Origin: Gammaproteobacteria bacterium
Lineage (GTDB): Bacteria; Pseudomonadota; Gammaproteobacteria; SZUA-152
Reading direction: 5' to 3'
Assembly: GCA_013151575.1 (NCBI GenBank)
Contig: JAADHZ010000059.1
Coordinates: 1-61,032, forward strand
Length of the DNA: 61,032 bases
In this document: piece after piece, positions 1-9,315 of the stretch
Numbering within the stretch: position 1 is the stretch's first letter
Layout: every line of letters starts with the position of its first letter
Translations under genes and position numbers: made by a program
The notes under the pieces: generated by a model
Database searches by the model: none
What the model was told of the DNA's origin: nothing
Seen by the model: only the letters and a program-made list of their open reading frames with translations

Positions 1-290
1 CAGATATACCGGTACTTGATGATTTCAGTAACCCCTGGAGTTTTTACGAACGAAAGGAAATAGAGCAGCGTCAACGCCGTTGGCAGGAGGAGAACCAGCT
101 ACGGGAAAGGCAGGAAGTACGAGAGAGTAGTATCCGTGACGCCCCGGACGACTTGCTCTCCAATAAAGTAGCCAGTCCTCCCCAGGGAACCTGGCAACGT
201 GAAACCCCGAAAATGGGTCGTAACGATCCTTGCCCCTGTGGAAGCGGTAAAAAATATAAAAAGTGTTGTTTGGGGAAGGTGGAAAAATAA
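1..290 (+). CDS. 3' end of a SEC-C motif (zinc-binding) domain protein; the 5' end lies outside the window
   Basis: The frame beginning at nt 3 is open to TAA at 288-290. It ends ...[28 protein letters not shown], the SecA/YecA-type C-terminal [13 protein letters not shown] motif. It is absent from the ORF track because it has no start codon in the window. Confidence 0.6.
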   Translation, partial: DIPVLDDFSNPWSFYERKEIEQRQRRWQEENQLRERQEVRESSIRDAPDDLLSNKVASPPQGTWQRETPKMGRNDPCPCGSGKKYKKCCLGKVEK

Positions 291-389
291 AGGAACGTGT
301 ACATTCCTTATTCCTTAAACAGCTCTTCGCCTTCGCCGATCAGATCGAACAACGAGTCAAGGATGCCGAACTTGCTTCGCTAACCGACA

Positions 390-1530
390 TTACCAGGTCA
401 ACGCCCCACCCGTCTGATACTCGGTAACCCGTGTTTCAAAAAAGTTTTTCTCCTTGCGAATATTGGCCTGGCTCGTCCAGCCACGGCAACGCACACTGCG
501 CACCGGGAAAAGGTTCTTCAATACCCAGCTGGCGCGCACGGCGGTTGGCGATGTAACGGAACTGTCCCATGTGTTCGTCCGCGCTGTAGCCGAGGATGGG
601 ATCGCGCAGCACGTAGCTGCTGTAGGCTTTTTCACAAGCCTCGGCCTCATCCCACATTTCACAAATGGCAACGGGGTCAAGCTGCACGTCATTTTCAACA
701 ATAATCTGTTTCACGGTGCGAATACCGAAGCCGCAGTGCATCACTTCGTCACGCATGATGTATTGCAACTGTTCGGCGGTGCCTTTCATCAAGCCACGGC
801 GTTGCAAAGCAAAGATGGGGCTGAAGCCGTTATAGAACCAGCAGCCTTCGAACACCGCGCCGAAGAACAGGTACGACAGAACAAAGGTTTCCAGGTCATC
901 ACGCTGGTGTAAATCAATATCGGCACGTAAAACAGCATTGAGACGGCGATTGGCCATTTGAATTTTTTGATTAATTTCAGGCACAACACGATAGCGATTA
1001 TAAATTTCGCCCTGGTCCAGACCGATGGTCTCGATGCAGTGCTGGTAGGTCCAGGTGTGCAGGGCTTCTTCGTACACTTGCCGAGCCTGATAAATTTGTA
1101 ATTCCGGCGCACTCATCTTTTCCATCACCGCCAGGCCGATGTTGCGCATGGCGAGGATGTCCGAGGTGGTGAGATACGAGAGCACGTTTTCGTAAACGTG
1201 ACGTTCGGTGTCACTAAGTTTGTGATGGTAGTCGTGGATGTCTTGAGACATGTTGATGTCCAGTGGCGTCCAGTGATTCTTGTTGGCGTTGAGGAAATAA
1301 TTCCATGCCCAGGGATATTTGAACGGGGCCAGCTGGTTGATGTCAGTGAGGCCATTGACCACGCGTTTGTCATCGGCACGTACGGGTTCTGTGCCATTGA
1401 GCTGCACACTTTTCGTTTGTGTTGTTTCTGTGACTTCTATTTTTGAAAGACTTGCCAGCGCCTGCTCCACCACTGCCGGGTTTGCTGCGGCTTGTGTGTT
1501 TTGTCCCAATGGATCGTCCCAATCGAGCAT
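390..1530 (-). CDS. nrdB: Class Ia ribonucleotide-diphosphate reductase beta subunit (R2); reading frame broken about 60 nt before the conserved C-terminal tail
   Basis: ORF 436..1548 has R2-like ferritin-fold sequence (WTPLDINMSQDIHDY..., EEALHTWTYQHCIE, MRDEVMHCGFG). ATG at 1530 is preceded by GGAG 9 nt upstream. The conserved tail KEKNFFETRVTEYQTGGALTW is in another frame (ORF 390..701). The join is near nt 471. Confidence 0.9.
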
Positions 1531-1584
1531 AATTTTTTCTCCGACCACTACTTTTTGTTATTTGTTTCTTATTACCGCAATCAC

Positions 1585-1648
1585 GTAGGGTGGGCACTGC
1601 CCACCATTGTCATTACAGCAAATACCTGGTGGGCGGTGCCCACCCTAC
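1585..1648. repeat. Inverted pair of REP-like palindromic units in the nrdA-nrdB spacer
   Basis: GTAGGGTGGGCACTGCCCACC (1585-1605) and its near reverse complement GGTGGGCGGTGCCCACCCTAC (1628-1648). Each unit is itself palindromic (GGTGGGCAnTGCCCACC). A third, degenerate unit lies at 11176-11195. Confidence 0.6.
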
Positions 1649-1650
1649 GA

Positions 1651-4539
1651 TTATTGGCATGCCTCACAGTCCGGATCGAGAATCGAGCACACTTTCAGTG
1701 CTTCTTCTACTGTTACGCCCTGCTGTGCAGTAGTATTTTTTTCCGCATGAGTGGCTCCCAGAGTGCGCAGGTAATAGGTGGTTTTCAATCCCCGCACCCA
1801 GGCCAGTTTGTACAAACTGTCCAGCTTTGCACCACTCGGTTCGGCCAGATACAGATTCAGTGATTGCGACTGGTCAATCCATTTTTGTCGGCGCGAGCCT
1901 GCTTCAATCAGCCAGCGTGAATCTATCTCAAACGCGGTGGCATATTTTTGTTTCAGTTCTGGTGGTATGCGGTCAATGCTTTGCACGGAGCCGTCGAAAT
2001 ATTTGAGGTCGTTGACCATGACTTCATCCCACAGGCCCAGGGCTTTCAGTTCCTGTACCAGTTGTGCATTCACCACAGTGAATTCACCGGACAGGTTGGA
2101 TTTCACAAACAGGTTTTGATAGGTGGGCTCGATGGATTGCGATACGCCACAAATATTCGAAATGGTGGCAGTGGGTGCAATGGCCAGACAATTACTGTTA
2201 CGCATGCCGATGGTTTTCACCTGTTCACGCAGTGTGTCCCAGTCCAGCGTGGTGGATTCATCCATTTGCACATATTTTCCACGGCCTTCTTTCAACAGAC
2301 CAATGGAGTCGATGGGCAGAATACCCCGGCTCCACAATGAGCCGTCAAACGTGGAGTAGCGTCCCCGTTCGTCTGCCAGTGCCACCGAGGACTGAATGGC
2401 AAAATACGACACAGCTTCCATGGATCGATCAGCAAATTCTATGGCGGCTTCCGAGGCATAGGCCATGTCCTGTTTGTGTAGCGCATCTTGAAAACCCATG
2501 ATACCCAGCCCCACTGGCCGGTGGCGCAGGTTGGAGTGACGCGCCTGCGGCACGGAGTAGTAGTTGTAGTCGATAACGTTGTCCAGCATGCGCATGGCGG
2601 TGCGAACCGTTTTTTCCAGTCGCGCCAGATTCAGGCCGTTACTGTCGATGTGGGCGGCGAGATTCACCGAGCCTAGATTGCATACCGCAATTTCTTCATC
2701 CGAGGTGTGCAGGGTGATTTCGGTGCACAGGTTGGAGGAATGCACTACCCCACGATGCTGGTTGGTGTAACGTAAATTGCAGGGGTCTTTGAAGGTGATC
2801 CACGGGTGGCCGGTTTCAAATACCATGCCCAGCAATTTGCGCCACAGGGTCACTGCGTCCACACGTTTGGTGTTTTTCAGCTCACCCGCCGCTGCGCGTG
2901 TTTCATAGGCTTCATATTTTTCGCGGAAGGCCTGACCGACAAGTTCATGCAGTTCGGGGGTTTCTTCCGGAGAAAACAGCGTCCATTGACCTTCTTCGGC
3001 AACACGTTCCATGAACAGGTCAGGAATCCAGTTGGCGGTGTTCATGTCGTGGGTACGACGACGCTCGTCACCGGTGTTTTTGCGCAGCTCCAGAAACTCC
3101 TCGATGTCGATGTGCCAGGTTTCCAGATAGGCGCATACCGCACCCTTGCGTTTTCCGCCCTGATTCACGGCCACGGCGGTGTCGTTGGCCACTTTTAAAA
3201 AGGGCACCACGCCCTGCGAACTGCCGTTGGTGCCCTTGATGTGTGAACCCAGCCCGCGCACCCGGCTCCAGTCGTTACCCAGACCTCCGGCGAATTTGGA
3301 CAGCAGGGCATTGTCTCTCATTGCGCTGTAAATGCCGCCCAGGTCATCCGGTACGCTGGTGAGATAACAGGATGACAGTTGCGGCCGCAAGGTGCCCGAA
3401 TTGAACAGTGTGGGTGTGCTGCTCATGAAATCAAAGCTGGACAGCAGGTCGTAAAACTCGATGGCGCGGGCCTCGCGGTCAATTTCGTTAATCGCCAGTC
3501 CCATGGCCACGCGCATAAAAAAGGCTTGCGGTAATTCAAAACGCTGGCCATCGGTGGAGTGAATAAAATAACGGTCATACAGGGTTTGCAGGCCAAGATA
3601 GGTGAACTGCCGGTCGCGCTCCGGCTTCAGTGCCCGACCGAGTTTTTCCAGATCGTAACGGGTCAACTCCGGGGCCAACAATTCCAGTTGGGCGGCACGC
3701 TGAATGTACTGCACAAAATAGGCGGGATAACAGTCAGCCATTGCTGTGCTGCCGGGCGTCATGAAGTCATCCGCATCTCCAAGAAAATCCAGTGCTTCAC
3801 TACGCAGGTTCGCCAGCAACAGTCGCGCTGCCACTTGTGAATAATTCGGTTCCTGGTCGATAAGTCCACGCGCACTCAGGGTCAGCCCCTGGCCCACGTC
3901 GCTTTCGCTAATGCCGTCAAACAGGTTGCGCAATGCACCTTTAAAAACCTGTTCGGCACTGACATTTTCCAGCCCTTCACAAGCCTCGATAATCAATGTT
4001 TGCAGGTGTGCCTGATCCAGCAAATGCAGGCTGCCATCGGCACGTTTGACGTGCAGTTGAGGCATCCCGGGCGGTGCATCATTGCCGGATTTTCCAACGG
4101 CTTTGGCTGCGCGCTCGCGGGCATGTTGCTCGCGATACAGTACGTAGGCTCGGGCGATTTTGTGGTGGCCGTTGCGCATCAACGCCAGCTCCACCTGATC
4201 CTGAATATCCTCGATGTGTACGGTGCCGCCATCAGGCAGACGCCGAAACAGGGCTTCGATGACCTGGGCGCTGAGGTCTCGCACGGTTTCGTGAATACGG
4301 GTGGACGCAGCGGCCTGCCCGCCTTCTATCGCCAGAAAGGCCTTGGTGACAGCAACACTGATCTTGCTGGCGTCAAAACGGGTCAGTTTGCCATTGCGAC
4401 GAATCACTTCGTATTGACTGGTGTCGGTGGAATAGCGGGTACTAATGCCCAGCAATGTGCCTGCGGCTAGATCGGTTTCGGTGGCCACACGGCCGGTATC
4501 ACTCATTATTTCGGTGCTGGTGTGCATGAACTCCCCCAT
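1651..4539 (-). CDS. nrdA: Class Ia ribonucleotide-diphosphate reductase alpha subunit (R1) with N-terminal ATP-cone
   Basis: Long ORF with R1 hallmarks (VIRRNGKLTRFDASKI ATP-cone, SSCYL, NLCTEI, C-terminal ...DPDCEACQ). Start chosen at MGEFMHTS (ATG 4539). An ATG at 4527 is also possible. The upstream part of ORF 1651..4743 looks non-coding. Confidence 0.93.
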   Translation of the reverse strand: MGEFMHTSTEIMSDTGRVATETDLAAGTLLGISTRYSTDTSQYEVIRRNGKLTRFDASKISVAVTKAFLAIEGGQAAASTRIHETVRDLSAQVIEALFRRLPDGGTVHIEDIQDQVELALMRNGHHKIARAYVLYREQHARERAAKAVGKSGNDAPPGMPQLHVKRADGSLHLLDQAHLQTLIIEACEGLENVSAEQVFKGALRNLFDGISESDVGQGLTLSARGLIDQEPNYSQVAARLLLANLRSEALDFLGDADDFMTPGSTAMADCYPAYFVQYIQRAAQLELLAPELTRYDLEKLGRALKPERDRQFTYLGLQTLYDRYFIHSTDGQRFELPQAFFMRVAMGLAINEIDREARAIEFYDLLSSFDFMSSTPTLFNSGTLRPQLSSCYLTSVPDDLGGIYSAMRDNALLSKFAGGLGNDWSRVRGLGSHIKGTNGSSQGVVPFLKVANDTAVAVNQGGKRKGAVCAYLETWHIDIEEFLELRKNTGDERRRTHDMNTANWIPDLFMERVAEEGQWTLFSPEETPELHELVGQAFREKYEAYETRAAAGELKNTKRVDAVTLWRKLLGMVFETGHPWITFKDPCNLRYTNQHRGVVHSSNLCTEITLHTSDEEIAVCNLGSVNLAAHIDSNGLNLARLEKTVRTAMRMLDNVIDYNYYSVPQARHSNLRHRPVGLGIMGFQDALHKQDMAYASEAAIEFADRSMEAVSYFAIQSSVALADERGRYSTFDGSLWSRGILPIDSIGLLKEGRGKYVQMDESTTLDWDTLREQVKTIGMRNSNCLAIAPTATISNICGVSQSIEPTYQNLFVKSNLSGEFTVVNAQLVQELKALGLWDEVMVNDLKYFDGSVQSIDRIPPELKQKYATAFEIDSRWLIEAGSRRQKWIDQSQSLNLYLAEPSGAKLDSLYKLAWVRGLKTTYYLRTLGATHAEKNTTAQQGVTVEEALKVCSILDPDCEACQ

Positions 4540-4832
4540 TTTCTGCGAAATGTTTGCTCGCTGGATCAGGGGCTCGCACAGGGGTACGGGGAGAAAAACT
4601 ACGGGCGATAGCCAGGTAGCGGTGTCCTCCACCGACGGCCTTGACGCGAGCCCCGATGATAAATTTCTCTGCATGACATGCGAAAAATTTCCGCTCCGAC
4701 AGGTATTCGGACTCGGGGGGCTGGGCCGTAACCCTCCCCCCACACCGCTGCGCGACAGTCCCGGATTCTTACCGGGTTCCCCTGCTTATGCACGTAATGT
4801 GCTGCACTGAGCTGTGATTTAAAAACGTAAAA

Positions 4833-4880
4833 ACACAACATCTAGTGGATGCAATGGAGCGTGGGCACAAGATAGCGAAT
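4833..4880 (-). promoter_or_regulatory. Candidate tandem NrdR boxes upstream of nrdA
   Basis: On the coding strand: ATTCGCTATCTTGTGC (4880-4865), a 16-nt spacer containing TTGCAT, then CCACTAGATGTTGTGT (4848-4833). The proximal box fits the remembered NrdR consensus acaCwAtATaTwGtgt well; the distal box fits only half. Centre-to-centre distance is 32 bp. Confidence 0.4.
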
Positions 4881-5026
4881 CAGCTGGGGGATGACAAGGC
4901 TTGACAGTAAGAATGTTCAAATGATTTTATCGGGTAGTTTTTCCGATTTTGTGAAGATCCATCGTTTAAAATCGGTGGCTTTAGGTTGCGGCCAAAATGA
5001 TTGCTAACCCCCTCCCTCTAAAAGCC

Positions 5027-6034
5027 CTAAATTTTTTTCGTTGTGTTTAACAACACCGGACAGCTGTTTTGCGCCCTTTCGGCCAACTCGGGCAGTTTTT
5101 TCCCCGCATTGGCCGCCAGGGTCCGGCGTAGCGACTCATCCCCCGCCAGCCTCACAATGGCCTCTATCCAACATTTTTGTTCCAGCGGTATTACCAGACC
5201 TTCACATTGATGGCTAACCATCTCCGCGCTGGTAGAGCCCGGGGAATAAATTCCCGCCGCACCGCAGCGGGTAATATCCAGAAACTTGGTGTACGACCGC
5301 GCCCGGTTGAAAGGCAGGTCGTGCAGGGGAACTAAGCCGATATGCCGCCCTGGCATGGCAAGAAATGCCTGATACGCTGGCCACTTCATCGGGTGTACCA
5401 CGGTCACCCGGGGCAAGCCGCGAAACAAGCGGTAAACCTCTTCGCCGCCAATGATTTCGAAATGAATGCGTTCATCACGCCGCAACACCTCCGCCATCAC
5501 CGGATGCAACCAACGGATTTCTGCCCCATGAGAAGCGGAGCCGTGATAAAAAACCCGGCACACGTCATTTGAGTTTTGTATCGGAAAAGGCAGCACGAGG
5601 CGGGGATGCCAGTGGGCGTATTTCTGCTGCAAATACAGCGTGGCCACCCAAAGTTCGGCGTCGTGTCGTCGCAGCCATTTTTGATACCGGGCGGCCAACC
5701 GCGCCAACTTGAAACGGTACCGTAGCGGCATTCCCACCGAGGCACGCACATCTAACACATCGTCATCCATGAAAAAAACCAGGCCGCGAAGGCGGGGGCG
5801 CAACGTGGCAATCAAACGTGCCCAGGCGGGTGGCACATAACGTACAAACACCACCAGTGCATCGTCCAATTGTTCGGCCGACGGTAAATCCGTAAAAGTG
5901 CAACGCACGACATTCAAGCTGCGTGCGGAAATCGCAGGCAGCAAAAAATAATCCGTGGACGGATTGCTTTGCTCCTCAACCAGAAAAACGACGCGGTCGC
6001 CCTCCGTCAATGGATGGGAATGCTTTACAGTCAC
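5027..6034 (-). CDS. Hypothetical protein, possibly a GT1-like glycosyltransferase linked to GDP-fucose use
   Basis: 335-aa ORF with a GTG start and AGAGG 10 nt upstream. The C-terminal half resembles the GT-B C-terminal domain pattern (...EGLVIPLEQKCWIEAIVRLAGDESLRRTL...). It lies directly downstream of gmd-fcl. Confidence 0.4.
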   Translation of the reverse strand: MTVKHSHPLTEGDRVVFLVEEQSNPSTDYFLLPAISARSLNVVRCTFTDLPSAEQLDDALVVFVRYVPPAWARLIATLRPRLRGLVFFMDDDVLDVRASVGMPLRYRFKLARLAARYQKWLRRHDAELWVATLYLQQKYAHWHPRLVLPFPIQNSNDVCRVFYHGSASHGAEIRWLHPVMAEVLRRDERIHFEIIGGEEVYRLFRGLPRVTVVHPMKWPAYQAFLAMPGRHIGLVPLHDLPFNRARSYTKFLDITRCGAAGIYSPGSTSAEMVSHQCEGLVIPLEQKCWIEAIVRLAGDESLRRTLAANAGKKLPELAERAQNSCPVLLNTTKKI

Positions 6035-6074
6035 TGTTGATGAACCTCTGACCCGATTTTAAAAACCCGCACCT

Positions 6075-7052
6075 TCAGCTCCTGAATTGACCCTGGTTTT
6101 GCAAAAACCATTGATAGGCATCCCGCAGCCCGTCTTCAAAGGAAATAGAGGACTCCCAACCCAAGGCTTTCAAGCGGGAAACATCCAGTAACTTACGCGG
6201 TGCGCCATCGGGTTTGCTGGCGTCAAAACACAAGCTGCCGGAAAAACCGGTCACACGGGCAACCGTTTCCGCCATTTCACGAATGGTGCAGTCCACACCG
6301 CTACCCACGTTGATATGGGATAACAATGGCGCGGTGTTCGCTTGATACGTCGTATCGTCCAGTTCCATCACATGCACGCTGGCGGCGGCCATGTCATCCA
6401 CGTGAAGAAACTCGCGCAGGGGCTTGCCGCTACCCCAAATCACGACTTCTTTCGCCCGGGTCTGCACCGCCTCGTGGAAACGGCGCAGCAGGGCGGGAAT
6501 CACGTGGCTGTTTTGTGGATGAAAATTATCATTCGGCCCATAAAGGTTGGTGGGCATCACGCTACGGTAATCACGACCGTACTGGCGATTGTAACTTTCA
6601 CACAGTTTGATGCCGGCAATTTTGGCGATGGCGTAAGGTTCATTGCTGGGTTCCAGCGGCCCGCTCAACAGCGTCTGTTCTTTCATCGGCTGCCCAGCTA
6701 ACTTGGGGTAGATACAGGAAGAACCCAGAAACAACAATTTTTGCACATCAGCCAAATGTGCGCCGTGAATCACATTGAGTTCGATCATCAAATTTTCGTA
6801 AATGAACTCCGCAGGATAGGTGCTGTTAGCATGGATACCCCCCACCCTCGCCGCCGCCATATAAACCTGATTAATATTTTCCTGCGCAAAAAAATCCTGA
6901 ACGGCCGTTTGGCTCAATAAATCAAGCTCGTCACGTCTACGGGTAATGATAGTGGTGTAGCCCAAGGTTTGGAGACGCCGGAGAATCGCGGACCCAACCA
7001 TGCCATGGTGACCGGCTAAAAATATAGTTTGCGAACGATTATGGGACGCCAT
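6075..7052 (-). CDS. fcl: GDP-L-fucose synthase (GDP-4-keto-6-deoxymannose epimerase/reductase)
   Basis: [14 protein letters not shown] Rossmann motif, [18 protein letters not shown] catalytic YxxxK. The start ATG overlaps the gmd stop (ATGA at 7050-7054). Confidence 0.9.
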   Translation of the reverse strand: MASHNRSQTIFLAGHHGMVGSAILRRLQTLGYTTIITRRRDELDLLSQTAVQDFFAQENINQVYMAAARVGGIHANSTYPAEFIYENLMIELNVIHGAHLADVQKLLFLGSSCIYPKLAGQPMKEQTLLSGPLEPSNEPYAIAKIAGIKLCESYNRQYGRDYRSVMPTNLYGPNDNFHPQNSHVIPALLRRFHEAVQTRAKEVVIWGSGKPLREFLHVDDMAAASVHVMELDDTTYQANTAPLLSHINVGSGVDCTIREMAETVARVTGFSGSLCFDASKPDGAPRKLLDVSRLKALGWESSISFEDGLRDAYQWFLQNQGQFRS

Positions 7053-8170
7053 CAGTTCTCCACCGGAACAGGCTGTTCGTACCCATGTGATTTTAATAAT
7101 GCATGGCGCTGCGCATCATGCAAGTCAGCCGCCACCATCTCCGCACACATTTCCTGCACGGTAATTTCAGGCACCCACCCCAGTTCCTTCTTCGCTTTTG
7201 TCGGGTCGCCCAGCAGGGTTTCCACTTCCGCCGGGCGGAAATACCGGGGGGCTACTGCCACAATGGTATCGCCCACCTTGAGTGCCGGAGTTTTATCGCC
7301 GTCAATCGCGACAACAATTCCTTTTTCGTCCAAACCTTTGCCTTCAAAACGCAGGGTCAGCCCCAGTTCCCCTGCCGACATAACGATAAACTGCCGCACC
7401 GATATCTGCTGACCGGTCGCAATCACAAAATCCTGTGGTTTTTCCTGCTGCAACATCATCCATTGCATGCGCACGTAGTCCTTTGCGTGGCCCCAATCAC
7501 GCAGGGAATCCATGTTGCCCATGAACAAACACTGTTCCAGGCCCTGTGCAATATTGGATAAACCCCGGGTAATTTTACGGGTAACGAAGGTCTCCCCGCG
7601 ACGGGGAGACTCATGATTGAACAGGATACCGTTGCAGGCGTACATGCCGTAGGCCTCACGATAATTCACCGTGATCCAGTAAGCGTACAATTTGGCCACA
7701 CCATAAGGGCTGCGCGGATGAAACGGCGTGGATTCGTTTTGTGGTGATTCCTGAACCAGGCCAAACAGTTCCGACGTGGACGCCTGATAAAAACGCGTGT
7801 TTTTTTCCAGCCCTAAAAAACGGATGGCCTCCAACAATCGAAGCGTGCCCATGCCATCAACATCGGCGGTGTATTCCGGCGCTTCAAAGCTCACCGCCAC
7901 ATGGGATTGTGCCGCTAAATTGTAGACCTCGTCCGGCTGAACCTGTTGAAGTATACGGGTCAAATTTGAGCTGTCGGAAAGGTCGCCGTAATGGAGAATA
8001 AAATTCTGACGCCCCTCGTGCGGATCTTGATAGAGATGATCCACCCGCTGGGTATTAAACGATGAAGCACGCCGCTTGATGCCGTGAACCTCATAACCTT
8101 TCTCCAGCAACAGCTCGGCCAGATAAGAACCGTCCTGACCCGTTATGCCTGTAATCAATGCCTTCTTCAT
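7052..8170 (-). CDS. gmd: GDP-mannose 4,6-dehydratase
   Basis: [34 protein letters not shown]..., [10 protein letters not shown]: near-canonical Gmd sequence. Confidence 0.95.
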   Translation of the reverse strand: MKKALITGITGQDGSYLAELLLEKGYEVHGIKRRASSFNTQRVDHLYQDPHEGRQNFILHYGDLSDSSNLTRILQQVQPDEVYNLAAQSHVAVSFEAPEYTADVDGMGTLRLLEAIRFLGLEKNTRFYQASTSELFGLVQESPQNESTPFHPRSPYGVAKLYAYWITVNYREAYGMYACNGILFNHESPRRGETFVTRKITRGLSNIAQGLEQCLFMGNMDSLRDWGHAKDYVRMQWMMLQQEKPQDFVIATGQQISVRQFIVMSAGELGLTLRFEGKGLDEKGIVVAIDGDKTPALKVGDTIVAVAPRYFRPAEVETLLGDPTKAKKELGWVPEITVQEMCAEMVAADLHDAQRHALLKSHGYEQPVPVEN

Positions 8171-8300
8171 TTTTCTCCCATGCTGGGCAGCCTTCGTTCT
8201 TTAATTGCATTTCCATGCGTTACCCAAGCACTCCCCCGACAAAACCGGGGGAATGCCCTAACCGCTTCTCAGACGCACGTCGTTGATTGCATACTGTTGT

Positions 8301-8771
8301 TCATTGAGTCAAATTTAATCTTTCATGCCACTCGGCAATGCTTTCTTCCGGGTACTCCGGGAAACATTGATCACCCGATTTAGCAGCAACCTCCACCCAA
8401 CCGGCTTTGCTATCAAGCATTAAATGCGTTCTTTCTGGCGGCATTGGTAATTCAGAGTCAATGGCAGACGCAAACGGGTGAACCAACTCAGGCCATCGGT
8501 AATCATACAGCCACAACGCACTGGCGCAGTGCTTACAGAAATACCTTTCGGCCGGACTTTGTTGGCCATCTATCATTGCATGATAAATGCTCGTGTGTTC
8601 CTCGCCGTCAATTTTCAGCGTATTGAATTTCCCACCTAAATTTATCGCGTAACCTCCGCCCCCAGCAGTTTTGCGGCACACAGAACAGTAGCAAAAATTG
8701 TAGGGATACGGATGCGATGATTCAACCTGAAACCTGACCGAGCCACAATGACAGGAACCTTTCAGTAACAT
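8301..8771 (-). CDS. GFA family protein (CENP-V/glutathione-dependent formaldehyde-activating-like zinc protein)
   Basis: CHCGSVRF ... CYCSVCRK ... CKHCASALW cysteine pattern typical of GFA domains. Confidence 0.8.
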   Translation of the reverse strand: MLLKGSCHCGSVRFQVESSHPYPYNFCYCSVCRKTAGGGGYAINLGGKFNTLKIDGEEHTSIYHAMIDGQQSPAERYFCKHCASALWLYDYRWPELVHPFASAIDSELPMPPERTHLMLDSKAGWVEVAAKSGDQCFPEYPEESIAEWHERLNLTQ

Positions 8772-8814
8772 GATTTTTCCATTTAATGTTTTTCGTCCCT
8801 AAACAAGTTTCGGA

Positions 8815-9288
8815 TCAATGTCCTGCTTGCTCTAATTTCAAGAGGGCCTCTTTTGTTGGCAAGCCACCGCCAAAACCGGCGAGTGTCCCATTGCTGGCAA
8901 TCACTCGATGGCAAGGGATAATCAGAGGAATCGGGTTTCGGCCATTCGCGGTGCCGACGGCCCGCATCGCCCGGGGCTTGCCAAGACGTAGAGCGATTTC
9001 GCTATACGAGACGGTAGTACCGTAGGGTATTTTCCTTAGCTGCTCAAGCACACTCATTTGAAACGGCGTCCCACTCGGGGCGAGCGGCAATGAAAACACC
9101 TTCAGTGTTCCCTCGAAATACTGGCTGATTTGCGATTTTGCTTCGGTGAAAATCACATCACGCAGCTCCCAATCCGGTTCTGCCCGCCGTCGTTTGGGAC
9201 CACCGGGGAAACCAAGTTCGTAGAGTGCATGCTGGTTTCCCGCCAGCAGTAATTCGCCAATCGGTGTATCGAGGTAGGTGTAATACAT
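8815..9288 (-). CDS. ogt: Methylated-DNA--protein-cysteine methyltransferase
   Basis: Active-site IPCHRVI motif, IPYGTTVSYSEIA, GTANGRNPIPLIIPCHRV. Begins 27 nt after the ada/alkA stop. Confidence 0.9.
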   Translation of the reverse strand: MYYTYLDTPIGELLLAGNQHALYELGFPGGPKRRRAEPDWELRDVIFTEAKSQISQYFEGTLKVFSLPLAPSGTPFQMSVLEQLRKIPYGTTVSYSEIALRLGKPRAMRAVGTANGRNPIPLIIPCHRVIASNGTLAGFGGGLPTKEALLKLEQAGH

Positions 9289-9315
9289 TTGATTTATTTC
9301 CCCGTTATTTTCCTA

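Noticed and set aside
4540-4841. ORFs upstream of nrdA (the N-terminal extension of ORF 1651..4743, and 4599..4841), or a riboswitch in the long leader.
   Set aside because: The extension is Pro/Ser/Arg-rich with no R1 homology. The real R1 N-terminus (ATP-cone) begins after ATG 4539. I see no B12-box or other riboswitch core sequence.
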